Assembly: GCA_036679605.1 (NCBI GenBank)
Contig: JAZDCZ010000114.1
Location: forward strand, 1-21,948
Length of the DNA: 21,948 bases
Source of the DNA: Gemmatimonadota bacterium
GTDB taxonomy: Bacteria; Gemmatimonadota; Gemmatimonadetes; Gemmatimonadales; GWC2-71-9
Direction of reading: 5' to 3'
Shown here: positions 18,243 to 21,948 of the stretch, piece by piece
Position numbering within the stretch: the first letter of the stretch is position 1
Layout of the letters: each line of letters opens with the position of its first letter
Program-made: the position numbers and the translations under genes
Notes under the pieces: generated by a model
The model's input: only the letters and a program-made list of their open reading frames with translations
Databases searched by the model: none
Told to the model about the DNA's origin: nothing

Positions 18243-18494
18243 TCAAATTACACAGCGGCAGCACGGACCGTCGCTGCTCGGACCGCAGTCCCCGAGCGGG
18301 CCGTTTCCGAACAACTCGTCACAGGCGGTCTGACAACTCTGCACAGTGAACGGAGGACACGTACCGAGTTCTCCAGGATCGTTACCACACGGGTCCCCCA
18401 TGGAGCGGCCCAGCGCCTCAGTTGCTCCAAACGCAAGCGCGCCAGCTATCAGAACAACACTGCTAGCGCGGATGATCCATCTTGTCTTCGACAT
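18243..18494 (-). CDS. Secreted 83-aa Cys-rich defensin-like peptide precursor
   Basis: Strong AAGGAGG RBS before ATG 18494; Sec-type signal MSKTRWIIRASSVVLIAGALAFGATEALG; mature part of about 54 aa with 8 Cys. Confidence 0.8.
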   Translation of the reverse strand: MSKTRWIIRASSVVLIAGALAFGATEALGRSMGDPCGNDPGELGTCPPFTVQSCQTACDELFGNGPLGDCGPSSDGPCCRCVI

Positions 18495-18611
18495 GATTCC
18501 CTCCTTAGTATGGATTCTTTGCGCATCAGACCAGCCCTGGCTGGCCAAAAGGACATAGCGGAACGTTCGAGGGAGTCGTGACCGCCCCGACTTGGCGGTC
18601 GAACGGCTAGG

Positions 18612-19193
18612 TCACTGGGCACCTCGAATGTCATGTTCCTGGACACTCGCTAGCAACGAATCGATGGCTTGCTGAACGGCGAATTCACCTGCCCTGGAAT
18701 AGACAACACGACCTTCGTTGTCCAGTACCGCTGTCAGAGGTACACCGGTTATGCGGTATATCCGAGCCAGCTTACGTTCCGGAAGTAGGACCACCGGAAA
18801 CCGCAGATCGTGTTCACGGACGTATTGATGCACTAGATGCAGCGAATCCAGCGCTACGCCGTACACCGTTGCGTCGCCCTTTTCCCGGATGCGCGACGCA
18901 ACTCGGTTCCAAGCGGGTAGAGACGCGCGACAATAGGGGCAGGTTGTCGTGAAGAAAAAGAGCACCTGCTTAGCAGCTGGTTCGGTCGCTCCGATCGTTA
19001 CGGAGTCTCCTTGCAAAGTCCTGGTTTGAAAAGTTGGTACGTAGAGACCAGTGTGCAGAGATAGTGTACGCTCGCGTAGCGTGGCGTACCGTTCGCTTAG
19101 GGACCGCTGCTGCAGTGCCAGGAGGACGACTAGGACCACCGCCGCCGCAAGAGCAACGTCCTTGGACAGTTGGAACAATCGTTTGACCCTCAT
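18612..19193 (-). CDS. Membrane-anchored TlpA/redoxin-family thiol-disulfide oxidoreductase
   Basis: N-terminal TM, FFFTTTCPYC active site, cis-Pro loop GVP, LDNEGRVVY; AGGAG RBS. Confidence 0.88.
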   Translation of the reverse strand: MRVKRLFQLSKDVALAAAVVLVVLLALQQRSLSERYATLRERTLSLHTGLYVPTFQTRTLQGDSVTIGATEPAAKQVLFFFTTTCPYCRASLPAWNRVASRIREKGDATVYGVALDSLHLVHQYVREHDLRFPVVLLPERKLARIYRITGVPLTAVLDNEGRVVYSRAGEFAVQQAIDSLLASVQEHDIRGAQ

Positions 19194-19199
19194 TTACTC

Positions 19200-19343
19200 C
19201 TACCCCCCTAGTGATCTGAGCCTTCGGACCTTAGGTGACCGATTCTGGGCGCTCAATACTCCGATCAGCACGAGTGCCACCATAAGCACGCTGCCGCCCA
19301 CTACGAGCTGGAGGCTACGTCGGCGGCTGGCTGGATCAAACAT
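19200..19343 (-). pseudogene. 47-aa TM ORF, probable truncated paralog of the adjacent TlpA (or a small membrane protein)
   Basis: Hand-translated MFDPASRRRSLQLVVGGSVLMVALVLIGVLSAQNRSPKVRRLRSLGG*, GGGAGA RBS; the TM plus QNRS resembles LVVLLALQQRS of the next gene. Confidence 0.5.
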
Positions 19344-19397
19344 CGGCGTTCTCCCACATCGGGGTGCTCCCACAATCTTGCCTCTCCTAACCTGTGT

Positions 19398-19448
19398 AAC
19401 GATTGAAATCGGCAGATTATAGCAACTGAAATCGGCAAGTTATGGCAA
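19398..19448 (-). promoter_or_regulatory. Third copy of the conserved motif, with a 23-bp partial tandem duplication
   Basis: AACGATTGAA-ATCGGCAGA-TTATAGCAA followed by TGAA-ATCGGCAAG-TTATGGCAA. Confidence 0.65.
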
Positions 19449-19561
19449 CCATTTCTAAGTCGCTGCCGTTTCAGTAGTTACAAACGGAACATTGAACCTC
19501 AAACACTTCGTAATTCTATATTCCTTGAAATTCCTTGATCAGTACTTAGCATTCCCCGGGC

Positions 19562-20335
19562 TTACCTGTCCTCCACCCCCTTTAGATCGATCTCCCACCG
19601 TCCCCGTTCCGCCATCTCCGTCACGTCGTAGCGCACGACCGTCTTACCCGCAACACGCACCTCCACCAGTTCCAGCGACCGTGGCAGCCGGAACTCGTAA
19701 CTGGCCCGTGACGAAGCGTTACGCCTGATCCTGAAGCCCGCTTGGAGAACCATCATTTCTTCGTTTCCGGCGCCACCCAGTATCCGCGCCGACGCAGCCG
19801 TCACCGTATCGACCACGATCGAAAGGGTGCCACCGAGCTGCGTACGCGTAATGTCGATCAAGAACTCCCCGCTCGTGGGAACGAACGACACTAATGAGGT
19901 GGGTTGCTGAACCTGTGACGGCTGCTCTACCGGAACCGCAACGACGAGCGACTTGAGTGCCGCCAAGCGCCCCAGCACCCAGGCGCGGGCGGGCGTTACG
20001 GTGAGCGTAACGGCAAGCACGGCGACTACCGCGGTCACGACGCGCGCCGAGCGACGCGAACTCTTTACTCGACCGACTAAGCCGCCCGGTGCCGACCTGC
20101 GCGCGGCACGATACCGCCTAATCGGAAGCGGTTCGGGCTCTTCCAGTTCCCTCAAAGCGCTGGAGAACCCCTGCGCCAGGTGGGCCAGTTCTTTCGCGTT
20201 GTTCCTGCATGCGGCACAGCCCGCCAGGTGATTACGGATCAGACGCTCTTCGGCCGGGTCGCACTCCCTGTCGTGGAGCCTTATCAGGTCTCCGTCTTCT
20301 ACGTGGCGAGCGTCTTCAGTGACTATGAAAATCAT
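19562..20335 (-). CDS. Zinc-finger anti-sigma factor, copy B
   Basis: HLAGCAAC; same length as copy A and highly similar by eye. Confidence 0.85.
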   Translation of the reverse strand: MIFIVTEDARHVEDGDLIRLHDRECDPAEERLIRNHLAGCAACRNNAKELAHLAQGFSSALRELEEPEPLPIRRYRAARRSAPGGLVGRVKSSRRSARVVTAVVAVLAVTLTVTPARAWVLGRLAALKSLVVAVPVEQPSQVQQPTSLVSFVPTSGEFLIDITRTQLGGTLSIVVDTVTAASARILGGAGNEEMMVLQAGFRIRRNASSRASYEFRLPRSLELVEVRVAGKTVVRYDVTEMAERGRWEIDLKGVEDR

Positions 20336-20826
20336 CGGAATCCCTCCTTCAAACGGCGTATGTCACCGGACAGCTTCTTCAAGGCCCGCGCTATGGTGGG
20401 ACCGACCGAACTCTTCTTGATGCCGGTCGGCTCGGCGATCTCACTATGGCTAAAACCGTCCTCCCACATGAGCAGGATCGTCCGTTCCTTTTCCGACAGC
20501 TTGCCCAGCATGTCTTGCACCAGGCGGCGGCGTTCCGCCTGCTCGTATGCAGCGTCCGGCCCGGGAGCAGCATCGACCACCGGTAAGCGGTCTTCAAGAC
20601 CGATCATGTGCGCTGTGCGCTGCCGCTTCCGACCGTCGCGCACCACGTTGGTCGCGACCGTGAAGAGCCACGCCCGCACATTGTCCGCACGGCGCGGCGG
20701 CCGTTCCACCAGCCGCAGGTAGGTCTCCTGTGCCGCGTCAGCCGCCTCCTCGCTGTCACCCGTATAGCGTGTGAGGTAGCGCAGCAGCGCCGGCTGGTGC
20801 TCTTCGAACAATGCCTCTACGTCCAT
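20332..20826 (-). CDS. ECF RNA polymerase sigma factor, copy B
   Basis: First 46 aa identical to copy A; regions 2 and 4 present. Confidence 0.93.
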   Translation of the reverse strand: MDVEALFEEHQPALLRYLTRYTGDSEEAADAAQETYLRLVERPPRRADNVRAWLFTVATNVVRDGRKRQRTAHMIGLEDRLPVVDAAPGPDAAYEQAERRRLVQDMLGKLSEKERTILLMWEDGFSHSEIAEPTGIKKSSVGPTIARALKKLSGDIRRLKEGFR

Positions 20827-20909
20827 CGGCAGAGCGTCCTCGGTTTCCGTCCCTAGAAGCGCCGGCCACAGGGCCGGTCATGACTCGGATCCATGGCCTC
20901 TAATATGTA

Positions 20910-20937
20910 AACGATTCAAACTGGGGATTTATAGCAG
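20910..20937 (-). promoter_or_regulatory. Fourth copy of the conserved motif, upstream of ECF B
   Basis: AACGATTCAA-ACTGGGGAT-TTATAGCAG, 83 nt before the ATG (82 nt for copy A). Confidence 0.7.
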
Positions 20938-20983
20938 CCATTTCGATATTCCTTGTTCGTAATTCGTAATTCCATTCGCCTCC

Positions 20984-21948
20984 CTACGAAATGCTCCGCC
21001 ACGTGCGCGGCACCACACCGCGGACGAAATCCACAGCAGTGGTCCTGGTGTTGTACAGAATCTTTCGGCCGTCGGCACTAATCCGCAGCACCCTCCGCTG
21101 CAGAGAACGGGTGCTGGGAAACGCAGGATCGGTATCGAAACCGATGTTCTGGAACCCACCTTCATAGCGGTTGAAGCCACGCAGCACCATGGGAACGCAC
21201 GGAGGAAACTCAGGATCCCTAGCAGGCCAGATCGACTTCAAGGCTACGATATCGATGAGTTTGTCCTTTGGTATGAGTACGTACTGTCTGCCATTGGACG
21301 CGTCCCGCCACGACACCGGTTGGCTCTCCAGACCCAACGGCTGCGACAGAGAATACAGGGCGCGTGACCCGAACAGGCTGTTTACAATGAACGGGTTGGG
21401 AAAGGACGGCTGGATCATGTCGGGCACGGCGGGGTTGTTGGCATTTCCCGAAAGGCCCATCTCAAAATCCGCGTCCGACTCGTCGATCAGCGTCGGATGA
21501 ACCGGCCTGTGGTCGATCGCCGCCACCGCCATAGTGCGTGTCTCACCCGGCCCGATCGGATACTCCGTACCAGACCCGGGAAACCGCAGCACCTGCTGCG
21601 CGTGAATTCCCGCGGGATCGGTCCGTGGCGTCTGGCTCTCGGAGCACGCCATGACGTTAGTCCGTGTAGCCCAAGCGATGCCAGCCACCCCAAACAACAT
21701 GCCGTCCAGATATATCATTTGGTCCGAATTGTTGTAGATCTCGAAGTACACGCCCTTGAGGTAGCCGTCCCCTCCGGTCTCCCACGGTACCGGCGTGCCG
21801 TTTCCGATCTCGCTGATGACAAGCGAGCGTGGCCGATCGGCTATCATCGACAACTCGAGCGTCGTCTCTCCACCGACACCGATCGTCCGGCCGTCGCCAA
21901 ACGCCCGCACCACACCTCCCACTGCTCCCGCCTCTCCGTCCGTGAGCG
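20984..21948 (-). CDS. DUF4876-like lipoprotein, copy B (5' part beyond the window)
   Basis: Paralog of 16748-18031: RAFGDGRTI, SLVISEIG.GTP, YFEIYNNSDQMIYLDG, ANNPAVPDM, RYEGGF. Confidence 0.78.
   Translation of the reverse strand, partial: LTDGEAGAVGGVVRAFGDGRTIGVGGETTLELSMIADRPRSLVISEIGNGTPVPWETGGDGYLKGVYFEIYNNSDQMIYLDGMLFGVAGIAWATRTNVMACSESQTPRTDPAGIHAQQVLRFPGSGTEYPIGPGETRTMAVAAIDHRPVHPTLIDESDADFEMGLSGNANNPAVPDMIQPSFPNPFIVNSLFGSRALYSLSQPLGLESQPVSWRDASNGRQYVLIPKDKLIDIVALKSIWPARDPEFPPCVPMVLRGFNRYEGGFQNIGFDTDPAFPSTRSLQRRVLRISADGRKILYNTRTTAVDFVRGVVPRTWRSIS

Noticed and set aside
18034..18264. 76-aa minus-strand ORF between the peptide and lipoprotein A
   Set aside because: Overlaps the peptide end and its 3' hairpin, with no RBS and no recognisable motif.
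18243..18494. Peptide as a lanthipeptide, ranthipeptide or other enzyme-modified RiPP precursor
   Set aside because: It has a Sec-type signal rather than a RiPP leader, and no radical SAM, LanM, YcaO or MNIO gene is in the window; disulfide bonding is the simpler explanation.
18495..18548. Longer 101-aa start for the peptide ORF
   Set aside because: The AAGGAGG RBS and the signal peptide both point to ATG 18494.
14758..20976. Possible CRISPR array or integron attC cassettes from the recurring AT-rich repeats
   Set aside because: The repeats are degenerate and kb apart, with no constant-length spacers, no cas or integrase gene, and no clear RYYYAAC/GTTRRRY ends.

Overview
Bacterial chromosomal window, about 60% GC. 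Gene content and order suggest Gemmatimonadota or a relative (inference). Positions 1-13240 are core housekeeping genes, almost all on the minus strand: a Zn-ribbon protein, ispG, cobB, pyk, an MBL hydrolase, YtxH, YihY, ltaE, the SRP RNA ffs, dnaX, ybaB, recR, a hypothetical gene, mglB, mglA and a partial pgsA, with a class I fba divergent on the plus strand. Positions 13240-14850 are a cluster of type II toxin-antitoxin genes and remnants: intact hicAB, an orphan hicB with an internally deleted hicA, an IS3 left end fused in frame to a brnT tail, and a frameshifted brnA. Positions 14850-21948 are an accessory island. It carries two copies of a [DUF4876-like lipoprotein - ECF sigma - zinc anti-sigma] module. 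Between the copies lie a membrane-anchored CxxC thioredoxin and a secreted 8-Cys peptide with a defensin-like (CSalpha-beta / gamma-core) cysteine pattern. A conserved 28-bp motif recurs four times upstream of the island genes. This peptide-oxidoreductase-ECF island is the best candidate for an undescribed system.
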